This document shows positions 1-10,032 of a DNA stretch of 64,000 bases, one piece after another. Position numbers and translations under genes: made by a program. This stretch comes from Dehalococcoidia bacterium (lineage in GTDB: Bacteria; Chloroflexota; Dehalococcoidia; Lucifugimonadales; Lucifugimonadaceae). Numbering within the stretch: position 1 is the stretch's first letter; every line of letters starts with the position of its first letter. The notes beneath the pieces are model-generated. The model was given only the letters and a program-made list of their open reading frames with translations. It was not told the DNA's origin and searched no databases. The stretch covers positions 89,036-153,035 of the forward strand of contig CBDCPN010000019.1 in NCBI GenBank assembly GCA_965220275.1. The letters are read 5' to 3'.

Positions 1-106
1 ACACGCCGTCGAACCCTGCCTCCTCGGCGAGCCGGGCATGTTCTACAAGGACTTCGGGCTGGAATTGCTCGTGCCCGCAAAAGTAATGGAAGTCAACTTC
101 GCTCAT
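1..106 (-). CDS. Luciferase-like (LLM class, F420/flavin-dependent) oxidoreductase, N-terminal 35 codons only; gene runs off the window start
   Basis: Reverse complement of 1-106 reads MSEVDFHYFCGHEQFQPEVLVEHARLAEEAGFDGV. This matches the usual N-terminus of LLM/F420-dependent G6PDH-family oxidoreductases (EqF.P..L...A..AE.aGFD). It is too short to appear in the ORF track. Confidence 0.5.
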   Translation of the reverse strand, partial: MSEVDFHYFCGHEQFQPEVLVEHARLAEEAGFDGV

Positions 107-244
107 GGCCGACCCATCATCGCATATGGAGAGCGTAGAACGGCGTCAGCATGTTGCGTCCTCAATCGACGAACTGTTACGCTGGCGCGCGTTTTATTGC
201 TTGGGGTCGTAACATTCCCGGCTCTATTTTGCGGGATTCATATC

Positions 245-260
245 CGTGAATTTGTTCACG
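245..260. promoter_or_regulatory. Candidate operator: inverted repeat CGTGAA-N4-TTCACG in the divergent promoter region between the LLM gene and the ABC substrate-binding gene
   Basis: Perfect 6+6 bp inverted repeat read directly from the sequence. It lies about 70 nt upstream of the ATG at 331. No regulator gene is visible. Confidence 0.25.
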
Positions 261-330
261 AGACGAATTCTGTAGTTGCCCTTCCCCAACGGCTCTGGCC
301 ATCGGCCGGTGATCCTGAAAGGGGATCCTT

Positions 331-2226
331 ATGAATCGCAAATGGCAGTTAATCGTCCTCACACTAATTGGTGCGATGGCGTTGGTGATAGCGGCGTGCG
401 ACGGTGAAGACGAACCCGCGCAACCTACCTCTGCGCCTGCGCCTACTACAGCGCCCGCTCCCACTACGGCGCCTGCGCCAACGGAAAAGCCGGCGCCCAC
501 CGCGACCACGGCCGCGCCGACCGCGATGCCCGATAAAACGGACGAACCGGTCGCAAGGAACCGCACGCTGGTCCTGCCCATGGGCGGTTCGGTGATCGCC
601 AACAACGAAAACTTCAATCCGTACGCCCTCGGCAACCAGTTACAACGGTTTGTGCTGTCAAAGGGCTTCAACGAGATGATGTTCTACGGGAACCTCAATA
701 CGGGAGACCAGATCCCGTGGCAGGCTGAATCGTGGTCGCTGGCGTCGGACAGCAAGACCGTAACGATCAAGATTCGCGACGGCGTGGAGTGGAGCGACGG
801 GACGCCGTTTTCGGCGGATGACGTCGTCTTCACGATCACCGAGATCAACGGCGGCGGCTCCAGCCAGGGGAACCTCGTAAACGTGCCGTTCGAGACAGGG
901 GCCGTCGAGTCGATCACGGCGATTGATGCGTCGACGGTAGAACTGGTCCAGGTGAAACCCAACCCAAGGTGGTTCTGGAAGAACTTCGGCATAGCGCACG
1001 AAAACCACGTGCCGATGATGCCGAAGCACATCTGGGAAGGAAAGAACCTGGAAGAGTTCACGTTCTACGACCCGGACCAGGGCTGGCCGGTCAACACAGG
1101 CGCATTCAAGCTGTTCAGCACGAGTCCCCAGCAGATAATCTTCGACCGGAACGATGACTGGTGGGGCGAGGAATCCGGCTTCTGGACCGCAGCACGCGAG
1201 GTGGAACGGATGATCTTCGTTCCCAGCGGCGATGGTCAGGCGACCGCGCAGATGATCATCAACAACGAGGCTGAAACGAGCATCCTCAACGTGGGTGACT
1301 TCCTGGCGGCAAAGGCCCGAAACCCGAATCTCAGGTCATGGTTCCAGGAAGGCCCGATCTGGGGTCCGCCGGACGGATGCGTCTTCCGCTACACGCCGAA
1401 CAACCAGAAAGAGCCGTGGAACGATCCGGACATTCGGCGGGCATTGCAGTACGCCACCAACCGCGACCAGATAGTGGAACTGGCCATGGAAGGTTCGGTT
1501 AACACGGCTGTCCTGCCCTTCGCCGAGTACGGTGGCGTTCAGCAATACATCGAGCACGTGCAGGACCTGGTCGACGAGTACAACCCTGGTGAGTACAACC
1601 CTGAGAAGACTGCGGAAATCATGGAGTCCAAGGGGTATGAGAAAGACTCCGATGGGTTCTGGTCCAAGGACGGCGAACGCCTGACGTTTACGGTCAACTC
1701 GGCAGCCTGGCGCGATCACCACCTGCCGCCTGCCGTGCAGCAGTGGAGAGACGCTGGTTTCGACGTAGCGTCGAAGTCCTGGGACGGGGATAGCGCGATG
1801 GAGTCGCTGCTGTCGGGCGAATGGGACATCTACAACGAGGTCCACTGCGGCAGCCTGACCGACCCGTTCGAGACCCTGAACGACTTCCACTCGAAATGGT
1901 CCCGGCCGGAAGGCGAACCGCAGCCGTACAGGCACGCGACAAGCCGATACTCGAATCCTGAGTACGATGCCATCATCGACGAGATGGAAGCGATGGCGCC
2001 GTCTCCGGACGACCCTGCGTACATAGAACTGGTGCGGGCCGCGGTGGAGATCTTCCTCAGGGACGTGCCGGAAATCGTCTGGGGTGAAGAGCGACACGCC
2101 GTGACGTTCAATGAGACGTACTGGACCGGTTGGGCGACTGAGGAGAACCCGATCGCAGGCCCGTTCTTCTGCTGTTGGTCGTCTCCATACCTGATCATCC
2201 TGGAGTTGGAGGCAGCCCAGCCCTGA
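331..2226 (+). CDS. ABC transporter substrate-binding lipoprotein, family 5 (peptide/nickel, Opp/Dpp type)
   Basis: Signal peptide with lipobox (LVIAAC) followed by a Pro/Thr-rich linker (APAPTT repeats). The size (631 aa) and sequence are typical of family-5 SBPs. It is first in an operon with two permeases and two ATPases. Confidence 0.9.
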   Translation: MNRKWQLIVLTLIGAMALVIAACDGEDEPAQPTSAPAPTTAPAPTTAPAPTEKPAPTATTAAPTAMPDKTDEPVARNRTLVLPMGGSVIANNENFNPYALGNQLQRFVLSKGFNEMMFYGNLNTGDQIPWQAESWSLASDSKTVTIKIRDGVEWSDGTPFSADDVVFTITEINGGGSSQGNLVNVPFETGAVESITAIDASTVELVQVKPNPRWFWKNFGIAHENHVPMMPKHIWEGKNLEEFTFYDPDQGWPVNTGAFKLFSTSPQQIIFDRNDDWWGEESGFWTAAREVERMIFVPSGDGQATAQMIINNEAETSILNVGDFLAAKARNPNLRSWFQEGPIWGPPDGCVFRYTPNNQKEPWNDPDIRRALQYATNRDQIVELAMEGSVNTAVLPFAEYGGVQQYIEHVQDLVDEYNPGEYNPEKTAEIMESKGYEKDSDGFWSKDGERLTFTVNSAAWRDHHLPPAVQQWRDAGFDVASKSWDGDSAMESLLSGEWDIYNEVHCGSLTDPFETLNDFHSKWSRPEGEPQPYRHATSRYSNPEYDAIIDEMEAMAPSPDDPAYIELVRAAVEIFLRDVPEIVWGEERHAVTFNETYWTGWATEENPIAGPFFCCWSSPYLIILELEAAQP

Positions 2227-2272
2227 CGGAGCGTCTGAGGACGCGTAGTCAACGGCTCTGGGCAAACTGGGC

Positions 2273-2295
2273 GGCGCGGGGTTCGCCCCCGCGCC
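2273..2295 (+). terminator. GC-rich stem-loop after the SBP gene (possible intra-operon attenuator or mRNA stabiliser)
   Basis: GGCGCGGGG-TTCG(C)-CCCCGCGCC, a 9-bp stem about 45 nt after the stop codon, inside a 290-bp gap before the permease gene. There is no clear T-tract, so this is not a canonical intrinsic terminator. Confidence 0.35.
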
Positions 2296-2518
2296 GTCCC
2301 CCCTTGACCGCACATTGCCGAACGACCCGGCCGGCCGGCGCGGCGGGCTAGTAAACGTCGATTGGAATCGCCGGCGAGGCAAGTACCTGGCCGGACGCCC
2401 GTTCGAATAGGGCGCACTAGAATCCGGTCGGCGCGCGTCACCGGGCACGGGGGCAATACAATGAGCCCGGTTACCGGCGCCTTCACAGCGCCGAAGTCCG
2501 AATAACGCAAAATCTGCA

Positions 2519-3535
2519 ATGACTTTCGGCTACATAGGAAGACGCCTGGGGCTGTTCTGCATCATTGCCGTTGCAGCATTCAGCCTCAACTTCATGATCC
2601 CCCACATGTTGCCCGGGGACCCCATCCGGGAGCGGTTTACCACTCTCCAGGGTCATGGCGGCCAGTACAAGGCGGATGTTGACGAGCTGATAGCCATCTA
2701 CGAAAAGAAGTTCGGGTTCGACCAGCCGCTTTGGAAACAGTATCTGCGGTACTGGGGCGACGTGCTGCGCGGAGACCTCGGCAAGTCGGCATCGCACTTC
2801 CCGGCTGAAGTGACGACCATGCTCAGGATCACCCTGCCCTGGTCTGTGGGGCTCCTCGTCACTGCGACCGCCATATCCTTCGCGATCGGCACATTGTTGG
2901 GGGCGTTGCTGGCGTGGCCCGCCCTGCCCAGGGCGTTTCGCGGGAGTCTGACGAGCACGGTGCCGCTGATGATGGTCGCCGCGGCCATCCCATCATTCCT
3001 CATCGGTATAGTCCTCGTTTTCTTCTTCGTGATCATCTGGAACTTCTTCCCACCGGGCAGAGGCATCGCGGTCGGAGTCGAGGTGGGATTCAACTGGACC
3101 TCCATTGCCAGCATGATCGATCACGCCTTTTTGCCGGCCATGTCGATGGTGCTGGCAACGGCCGGACTCTATGCCCTGACCATGCGGGGGATGATGGTGA
3201 CAGTAATGGGCGAGGACTACATCACCCTTGCCAAGGCCAAGGGGTTGAAAGGCGCCCGCATATTCCTTTGGTACGCGCTGCGGACCGCCCTGCTACCCCA
3301 GGCAACGGCCCTGGCGTTGTCGATCGGCCACGTCGTCACCGGCTCGATCCTTGTCGAAACCGTGTTCGCCTACCCCGGCGTCGGGAATCTGTTGTTCGAG
3401 TCCATCCGCACTAACGACTTCTTCATGATCCAGGGCATCGCCGTAATTCTGATTCTCGCTACTGCGGTCTCCCTGCTACTGATGGACTTGCTCTACCCAC
3501 TGATAGATCCGCGAATCCGGGCGGGCCAAACGTAA
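2519..3535 (+). CDS. ABC transporter permease (DppB/OppB-like)
   Basis: 338-aa polytopic membrane protein with an N-terminus typical of the OppB family (GRRLGLF.. then LPGDP). Operon context. Confidence 0.9.
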   Translation: MTFGYIGRRLGLFCIIAVAAFSLNFMIPHMLPGDPIRERFTTLQGHGGQYKADVDELIAIYEKKFGFDQPLWKQYLRYWGDVLRGDLGKSASHFPAEVTTMLRITLPWSVGLLVTATAISFAIGTLLGALLAWPALPRAFRGSLTSTVPLMMVAAAIPSFLIGIVLVFFFVIIWNFFPPGRGIAVGVEVGFNWTSIASMIDHAFLPAMSMVLATAGLYALTMRGMMVTVMGEDYITLAKAKGLKGARIFLWYALRTALLPQATALALSIGHVVTGSILVETVFAYPGVGNLLFESIRTNDFFMIQGIAVILILATAVSLLLMDLLYPLIDPRIRAGQT

Positions 3536-3543
3536 ATCACGCA

Positions 3544-4437
3544 ATGCTCGAACAGGTCTCATATCTTTCATCCCAAATTCAGACTGGGTCGACGATCCGG
3601 GCCACCGCAGGCTGGGTCAACTCGAACCGCGTGCTCGCCGCTGGGCTCCTCATGGCGGCGGTCCTCTTGTTCATCGGTTACGTGGGCCCGTTTCTGGTCG
3701 ATCACGACAATGCACGCCTAGGAGCTGCAACTCCGCGGCAGCCACCCAGCGCAGCACACTTCTTCGGGACGGACGTGCAGGGCAGGGACCTGTGGACGTG
3801 GTGGGTCCTGGGAATGGGCCAGACCCTCAAAGTGGCGTTCATCGCCGGATTCCTGGGCACGGGCGCGGGGCTGATGCTTGGCCTCGCGGCCGGTTATTTC
3901 AGCGGACTGCTGGACTCATTCATCCGGACAATCAGCGATGTCGCGATCACCATCCCGGCCATCGCGATCCTTGTGCTCGTGGGCGCCGCGGTCCGGGAGA
4001 TGACAGTCGAGTTGATGGCCCTCATCGTGGCGTTTCTCACCTGGACACAGCCGACCAGGACCATACGCTCGCAGGTGCTCACGCTCAAAGAGCGGGCGTA
4101 CGTTCACGTCGCCAGGCTGAACGGGATGGAAGGGCTTGAGTTGGTCTTTCGGGAGATCATGCCGAATTTGCTTCCATTCCTCGCGACTCAGTTCGTTTGG
4201 GCATTCTCAGTCGCGGTCCTCGCCACGGTTGGGCTCGAAGCGCTTGGGCTCGGCCCCAAGAACGACGTCACGCTTGGTATGACCGTCTATTGGGCCAGGG
4301 CGTCCTCCGCTGTCTTGCGCAACATGTGGTGGTGGTGGGGACCTCCCATAGCCTCGATCGCAGTGATCTTCATAACCCTCTACATGTTGTCGATAGGCCT
4401 GGACCGATTCGCCAATCCAAGGCTGAGGCGCAACTGA
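3544..4437 (+). CDS. ABC transporter permease (DppC/OppC-like)
   Basis: 297-aa membrane protein. Contains the FGTD..GRD motif typical of OppC and a BPD-type transmembrane domain. Operon context. Confidence 0.9.
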   Translation: MLEQVSYLSSQIQTGSTIRATAGWVNSNRVLAAGLLMAAVLLFIGYVGPFLVDHDNARLGAATPRQPPSAAHFFGTDVQGRDLWTWWVLGMGQTLKVAFIAGFLGTGAGLMLGLAAGYFSGLLDSFIRTISDVAITIPAIAILVLVGAAVREMTVELMALIVAFLTWTQPTRTIRSQVLTLKERAYVHVARLNGMEGLELVFREIMPNLLPFLATQFVWAFSVAVLATVGLEALGLGPKNDVTLGMTVYWARASSAVLRNMWWWWGPPIASIAVIFITLYMLSIGLDRFANPRLRRN

Positions 4438-4441
4438 TTCC

Positions 4442-5491
4442 ATGACCACCCAAACGCAGGACAACAGGTCACCCACCGCCGGTTCCACCGCTTCGCCGGA
4501 AGACGGGATTGCGGGTGCGGCTGGTGACTGCGCCGTCCTCCAAGTCGAGGGCTTGCGCGTGCAGTACGGAACGCCCAGCGGGCCGGTCAAGGCCGTCGAC
4601 GGTGTCACCTTTGCCCTAAGGCCAGGGGAGCGATTCGGACTCGTAGGGGAATCGGGATCGGGCAAGACCACGACGGCATTCGCGCTCATGCGGCTGATCG
4701 AGCCCCCAGGCGAAATCACTGGAGGACGGGCCATCCTGGGGGGCGTAGATTTGCTGAAACTGTCCGACGAAAAGATGCGCCAAGCGCGCTTCGCTCAGAT
4801 CGCACTAATTCCGCAGGGGGCGATGAACTCGCTCAACCCGGTCATGCGCATAGGGCAGCAGGTGGCAGACACGATCAAGGCGCATGAATCCGGCTCGCGT
4901 GAACGGGGGCTCGAAGAACGCATCGGTGGGCTTCTGGAGTCGGTTGGACTATCGGTGGACGTCGGCCGAATGTACCCGCACGAGTTGAGCGGGGGAATGA
5001 AGCAGAGGGCCTGCATCGCGATGGCCATCTCACTTCGCCCTAGCGTAATTCTCGCTGACGAACCGACCAGCGCCCTGGACGTAGTCGTCCAACGCCAGGT
5101 TTTGCAGACTCTCAGACGCGTTCAGGAAGACTTGGGCGCATCGATCATCTTCGTGGGCCATGACATGGGACTGATGGCCCAATTCGTGGACCGCATCGGC
5201 GTGATGTACGCAGGCAAACTCGTGGAAATCGGCCCGGTAGAGGAGTTATTCACTCGTCCAAAGCACCCCTACACGCAATTGCTCATAGGAAGCCTCCCCA
5301 ACCTGGACTCCAAGGGCAGCCTCAGGGGAATCCCCGGCATGCCCCCATCGCTGCTGCGACCTCCCGGAGGATGCGCATTCCATCCCCGGTGCCCAAAGGT
5401 GTTGGACCACTGTCCCAATGTGACGCCAGAACTGCGCCAGGATGAGCCCGAACACTGGGTTTCGTGTCACCTCTTCGGAAGCGACCAATGA
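4442..5491 (+). CDS. ABC transporter ATP-binding protein (OppD/DppD-like)
   Basis: Walker A GESGSGKT, signature LSGGMKQR, Walker B ILADEPTSALD. The C-terminal oligopeptide-type extension carries a CX5CX6C...C motif. Confidence 0.92.
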   Translation: MTTQTQDNRSPTAGSTASPEDGIAGAAGDCAVLQVEGLRVQYGTPSGPVKAVDGVTFALRPGERFGLVGESGSGKTTTAFALMRLIEPPGEITGGRAILGGVDLLKLSDEKMRQARFAQIALIPQGAMNSLNPVMRIGQQVADTIKAHESGSRERGLEERIGGLLESVGLSVDVGRMYPHELSGGMKQRACIAMAISLRPSVILADEPTSALDVVVQRQVLQTLRRVQEDLGASIIFVGHDMGLMAQFVDRIGVMYAGKLVEIGPVEELFTRPKHPYTQLLIGSLPNLDSKGSLRGIPGMPPSLLRPPGGCAFHPRCPKVLDHCPNVTPELRQDEPEHWVSCHLFGSDQ

Positions 5492-6528
5492 CCGCGTTAC
5501 TGGAAGCTCGAAACGTGACGAAGGTCTTCGGCGGCGGGATGTTCCGGCGCAACCAGACCGTGGCGGTTGACAACATCTCGCTTGAATTGTCCGGAGACGA
5601 GCCGTCGGTCACCGTTGTGGCTGGTGAAAGCGGGAGCGGCAAGACCACGCTAGCCCGCCTGCTGCTGGGCATCATTCGACCCACCTCTGGCGAAGTGCTC
5701 TACAACGGGCAGGACATCGGAAAGTTGCGACGCGCGGAGCGAAAGAACTTCCGGCGGGAAATTCAGGCGGTCTTCCAGGACCCGTTCGAGTCTTATAACC
5801 CCTTCTACAAGGTCGACCACGTGATGACGGCGCCGGCTGCAAAATTTAATCTGGCCAGGACAAGCGCGGGTCGACGCAAACTTGTGGAAGAGGCGTTGGA
5901 AATGGTTGGGCTACGGCCCGACGAAACCTTGGGGCGATACCCGCACCAACTGAGCGGAGGCCAACGACAGCGGGTAATGGTGGCGCGCGCCCTGCTTTTG
6001 AGGCCGCGGATCATAGTGGCAGATGAAGCGGTCTCGATGGTGGACGCGTCGTTGCGGGCCACGATCCTGGAAAATCTGCTCACGCTCAATACGGAGTTCG
6101 GGATTTCTATCATCTACATCACGCATGACCTCACCACCGCTTACCAGGTGGGACAAAACATCGTCGTCCTCTACCAAGGGGCAATGGTCGAGGCGGGCGA
6201 CGTGGAGCTAGTCATAAAGGACCCCAAGCACCCCTACACGCAGCTTCTCGTAAGTTCGATTCCGCACCCGGACCCGAGCAGGACGTGGGACGAGGAGGAA
6301 GTGTCCGCGACGACCGGGCATTCCGACGGGGGTCGAGGGCAATGCCTGTTCGTGGACCGTTGTCTCCACGCCATGGACGTTTGCCGGGACCTGTCACCAC
6401 CCAAGTTCCAATTGGACGAGCGCAGAGCGGCGGCGTGCTTTCTGTACTCGGAACAGCCCACGCTCGAAGAAGGTAGTTTGAACAGACTTCTCAAGCCTAC
6501 TTCCGAAGCTGCAAGCCCCCATCCGTAG
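5488..6528 (+). CDS. ABC transporter ATP-binding protein (OppF/DppF-like)
   Basis: Walker A GESGSGKTT, signature LSGGQRQR, Walker B IVADEAVS. I chose the start at the ATG that overlaps the upstream stop (ATGA coupling) rather than the 5464 start in the ORF track. Confidence 0.9.
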   Translation: MTALLEARNVTKVFGGGMFRRNQTVAVDNISLELSGDEPSVTVVAGESGSGKTTLARLLLGIIRPTSGEVLYNGQDIGKLRRAERKNFRREIQAVFQDPFESYNPFYKVDHVMTAPAAKFNLARTSAGRRKLVEEALEMVGLRPDETLGRYPHQLSGGQRQRVMVARALLLRPRIIVADEAVSMVDASLRATILENLLTLNTEFGISIIYITHDLTTAYQVGQNIVVLYQGAMVEAGDVELVIKDPKHPYTQLLVSSIPHPDPSRTWDEEEVSATTGHSDGGRGQCLFVDRCLHAMDVCRDLSPPKFQLDERRAAACFLYSEQPTLEEGSLNRLLKPTSEAASPHP

Positions 6529-6611
6529 GAAAGTCGGCAAGGTGGCCATCGGCATTGGCGCCGCGTGTGAAGCCAAGGGCGAGTTGACGTACCTCTGTCC
6601 TGCCGACCGAA

Positions 6612-7463
6612 CTATTCGGGAATGAACCGGGCTCCCCTGATACCCAGGTCGAGACGCTCGATGCTGTGGCGGGAGCGCACGGTCACGTACAGGCTGGTGT
6701 CCCACCAGCACAGGTTGGTGACGTCCGTGCCTCCCATAGCGTAGCTGGCGAGCAGTTCGCCGCGGTCTACGTCCAACACGTCCACGGTGCCGTTCGAGAA
6801 TCGTGCGACCCAGAGCCGGGCGTGTTCGTCGAACGCAATGCCGTCGACCGTCGGACTGTCGAAATCGAACGCAACCCGCCGGTTCGACACGGCGCCGTCC
6901 TGGAGGTCGTAGGCAAGTACGTTGTTGTCGCGGGATACGGCAATGTACAGCCGGTCGCCGTCCGGGTGGACGGCTATCCCGTTCGGAAAGTCGAGACCCT
7001 CGTCCAGCAAGGTGACCTGGCCGGTGACACCGTTCGAACCTATCTCTACCCTGTAGATCTCGCCGCGAATTCCCATCGCCATCGGGCCCGGATCGGTGAA
7101 ATAGACGTTCCCGTCACGGTCAAGACACAGATCGTTGGGGCCCTTGAATGGGCGGCCCAGAAAGTTGTCCGCCAGTACCTCCTTCGCACGCGTCCTCGTG
7201 TCGAATCGGAGAATGCGGCGTCCGCCATTGTCGGTGACCACAATGTGCCCGCGCCCATCGTACTTGATACCGCCGGCGCTGCCGCCCGTGTGGACCCACA
7301 GGCTCACAGTGCCGTCTGGGGTAAGGCGTCCTATCGAGCCGTCCACTAGATAGTTGACGAAATAGAGATTCCCGCGATCGTCGAAGCCGGGACCTTCCGG
7401 AAAGACGATGTTGGCCACGACCGGGTGTGGCTTGATGTCCTGCGGATTTGGTATGTCGATCAT
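6612..7463 (-). CDS. SMP-30/gluconolactonase/LRE-family beta-propeller hydrolase
   Basis: Repeated propeller motifs (EGPGFDDRGNLYFV, PNDLCLDRDGNVYFTD, FPNGIAVHPDGDRLY) typical of the SMP-30/gluconolactonase family. Confidence 0.85.
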   Translation of the reverse strand: MIDIPNPQDIKPHPVVANIVFPEGPGFDDRGNLYFVNYLVDGSIGRLTPDGTVSLWVHTGGSAGGIKYDGRGHIVVTDNGGRRILRFDTRTRAKEVLADNFLGRPFKGPNDLCLDRDGNVYFTDPGPMAMGIRGEIYRVEIGSNGVTGQVTLLDEGLDFPNGIAVHPDGDRLYIAVSRDNNVLAYDLQDGAVSNRRVAFDFDSPTVDGIAFDEHARLWVARFSNGTVDVLDVDRGELLASYAMGGTDVTNLCWWDTSLYVTVRSRHSIERLDLGIRGARFIPE

Positions 7464-7515
7464 GTCGTGCGCTCCAGATGATCCCAGATTGATTGGAAGT
7501 TGCCGGGGTTACCGC

Positions 7516-8736
7516 CTACGCCGCCCTTTCAGGCAACCAGCCCCACGGGCGTGGTCCGGCGTCAGGCGCGATTACGCGCCCCTCTCGCACCGTCAGGCGC
7601 GGCGCAAGGGCCGCGTGGCGGATGCGCAGGACCCCTTCGAAATTGTCGCGGTAAATCCAGTCCCCCTCGACGTAATCCAGTACCGATATGTCAGCTTGCC
7701 GGCCCAGTGATATCGATCCTATACGGTCGGGCAAACCCAGAACTTCGGCCGGCCGTGCGGTGGTGCGCAGGACTACGTCTTCCAATGACATACCAAGCGC
7801 CATGAATTTATTCATGCACTCCGTGAGGCTGTGAATCGGCGACTGGCGGCCCGGTACGGTGAGATCAGAACTGATGGTGTCCGGCGCAAAGCCCTGGTCC
7901 AAGACTTTCCTTGCGCTGTCGAACGTGAAGTTCCGAATGCCCACGCCGGCATCGAAGACTACGCCGCGATCGCGGGCTCGCCTGGCCGACTCCAGGACAA
8001 TTCCGTCTTCGTCCAGCAAGGCGCCGACCTGGTGGCTGGTGGCGTGTGTAACGATGTCGCCGGACTCAAGCACTTGGTCGATCAGGAATGACGCCAACTC
8101 CCTAGCCGACTCGTCGTACGTAATGTAGTCGCCGACGTGGACCATTAGCGGCACGCCGCCGCCATCAGCGATCTTCTTGGCCAGTCGAGGCAATTCCGCG
8201 CCAAGGGTCGACACGGCCGGGCCAACCATGCGCACCTTGACGCCGCGTACGAGTCCATTGCTGCCGAGAACCGCCTGGATTCCTGCTTCGACATCGATGT
8301 CTTCCCGGCTGACGATTTCCGGAGCGTGAAAGATGCCCATCGTGGCCGCATGGAGAAATGAGATGACTCGGGTCTCGCAGGCCGGAACGACGAAACGGGC
8401 AAACCCTCCCAGGTTGTAAGCGCCAACCGAACCCGCATCCACAACGGTGGTCACGCCTCCCAGCACTCCCGCAATGTCCGGTTCCAAATAGAGATCGTCA
8501 TCGCCGATCTTGCGAAGCGGCCCGGCGACGTGCGTGTGAAGATCGATCAACCCCGGCACCACCAACGCCCCGGACGCATCAACCACGTTTGCAGCGCGCC
8601 GGCGGTCGATGCCGCGGCTGACTTCTGCTATTACGCCGTCGTTAACGGCGACGTCGGCCGCAGTGTCCAGGTTTCGGCCGGGGTCGAACACCCGGCCGCC
8701 GACGATAAGTAGGTCAAACATTTCTGATTCGCTCAA
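7516..8736 (-). CDS. Amidohydrolase-superfamily metallohydrolase (deacylase/dihydroorotase-like)
   Basis: N-terminus DLLIVGGRVFDP...VVPGLIDLHTHV carries the HxH metal motif of the amidohydrolase fold. 406 aa. Confidence 0.8.
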   Translation of the reverse strand: MSESEMFDLLIVGGRVFDPGRNLDTAADVAVNDGVIAEVSRGIDRRRAANVVDASGALVVPGLIDLHTHVAGPLRKIGDDDLYLEPDIAGVLGGVTTVVDAGSVGAYNLGGFARFVVPACETRVISFLHAATMGIFHAPEIVSREDIDVEAGIQAVLGSNGLVRGVKVRMVGPAVSTLGAELPRLAKKIADGGGVPLMVHVGDYITYDESARELASFLIDQVLESGDIVTHATSHQVGALLDEDGIVLESARRARDRGVVFDAGVGIRNFTFDSARKVLDQGFAPDTISSDLTVPGRQSPIHSLTECMNKFMALGMSLEDVVLRTTARPAEVLGLPDRIGSISLGRQADISVLDYVEGDWIYRDNFEGVLRIRHAALAPRLTVREGRVIAPDAGPRPWGWLPERAA

Positions 8737-8827
8737 GCTTCCGCTCCGCGGTCGACATTGGAGTAACTATGCAAGGGCATTTTCACGCATAATGCCACGG
8801 TCGGGCGCAGCCAATATTGATAAAGGA

Positions 8828-9919
8828 ATGTCGGTGAGCACAAAACAGGTCACCACCGTGTTGGGAGCGGTGGATGCCGATGCCCTCGGCGTGACCCTCA
8901 CGCACGAACATCTCCTGTACGACCACATAAGGTACGTGCGCGGGCCGGAGGATGTCGAAGCGGGAAAGGACGCCGGTGAAGTCGTCCGCATTGACCAGTT
9001 GGGCGCGCTCCATAGACGGGCGTCCATGATCGCCGACAACGGCCGCAATTACGACCCATACCTGGCCGCGAGAGAGGTTGAACGGTTCAAGGCTTCCGGT
9101 GGCGGCACGGTTGTAGACGTATCGTCACGGGGACTTGGGCGCGACGCCGCCGGGCTCAAAAAAGTCGCCGAGATGACCAATGTGAACATCGTAACTTGCT
9201 GCGGTTATTACAAAGTGGCGGGCCACCCGCCCGACATGGCAGAGCGGACCGTCGACGATATCGCAGCGGAATTCGTGCGGGAGTTGGAGGTGGGTATCGA
9301 CGACACGGGAGTACGCGCGGGAGTGATTGGCGAAATCGCAACCGGCGCGCCCTTGTACCACGTCCCGATGGATGTGTGGGACCTTCGAGATCACGAAGAT
9401 ATGGTGCCCAACGAGGTTAAGGTGCTGCGCGCGTCCGCACGTGCCAGCAATGAGACCGGCGCACCCATTTCCGTCCACATTTACAACTACCGTCCAAACA
9501 GGATGGCCCATCACGCCCTGGACATACTGGAGTCGGACGGCGCCAATCTAGAACGCGTAACAATTTGCCACCTGGACACCCGGCCCGACGCCGACTACGT
9601 CGCTTCGGTGGCTGACCGCGGCGCGTTCGTGGAATTCGACACGTTCGGCATGGAACAATACAGCGACGGAGGTTTCAGCCAAATGCCGCGCGACCTCGAG
9701 CGTATCGAGTTGATCATCGACACCATCGAGGGGGGGTACATCGACCACATTCTCGTATCTCAGGACATCTGCTGGAAGATGCTGCTGGTGGAGTACGGCG
9801 GATGGGGATTCGCACACATTTCGAATCACATTGAACCCCGGCTTCGACACCTGGGAGTCACGGATGAACAGATTCACAAGATCCGGGTAGCTAACCCTGC
9901 CCGCTGGCTGGCTCATTGA
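8828..9919 (+). CDS. Phosphotriesterase-family protein (PTE/PHP-like lactonase/hydrolase)
   Basis: GVTLTHEHLL metal-binding motif near the N-terminus and a TIM-barrel-sized protein. I moved the start to the ATG at 8828 (MSVSTKQ). The longer ORF from 8609 overlaps the divergent upstream gene. Confidence 0.85.
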   Translation: MSVSTKQVTTVLGAVDADALGVTLTHEHLLYDHIRYVRGPEDVEAGKDAGEVVRIDQLGALHRRASMIADNGRNYDPYLAAREVERFKASGGGTVVDVSSRGLGRDAAGLKKVAEMTNVNIVTCCGYYKVAGHPPDMAERTVDDIAAEFVRELEVGIDDTGVRAGVIGEIATGAPLYHVPMDVWDLRDHEDMVPNEVKVLRASARASNETGAPISVHIYNYRPNRMAHHALDILESDGANLERVTICHLDTRPDADYVASVADRGAFVEFDTFGMEQYSDGGFSQMPRDLERIELIIDTIEGGYIDHILVSQDICWKMLLVEYGGWGFAHISNHIEPRLRHLGVTDEQIHKIRVANPARWLAH

Positions 9920-10032
9920 CTTACCCGCAGGACTCGCCCTCAAGGCTTACCAATCGGACGAATTGATCCAACATCGAATTAACAGTTTTGGCCCCTCGGG
10001 AGGGAACCGGCTCAGGCAATTGGAGGCAACTG

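Noticed and set aside
1336-2448. Large antisense or alternative-frame ORFs (for example 1336-2448 minus, 19694-20560 minus, 24024-24761 minus, 27577-28611 minus, 46148-47440 minus, 18007-18783 plus, 40386-41024 plus)
   Set aside because: These are typical high-G+C shadow ORFs. They are Arg/Pro/Gly/Ala-rich, have no family motifs, and each is fully overlapped by a gene with strong family signatures on the other strand or frame.
8609-8827. N-terminal 73-aa extension of the phosphotriesterase-family ORF given in the ORF track
   Set aside because: The extension overlaps the divergent amidohydrolase gene by 128 nt and has low-complexity, Arg/Ser/Pro-rich composition. The family motif (GVTLTHEHLL) sits at the normal distance from the internal ATG at 8828.
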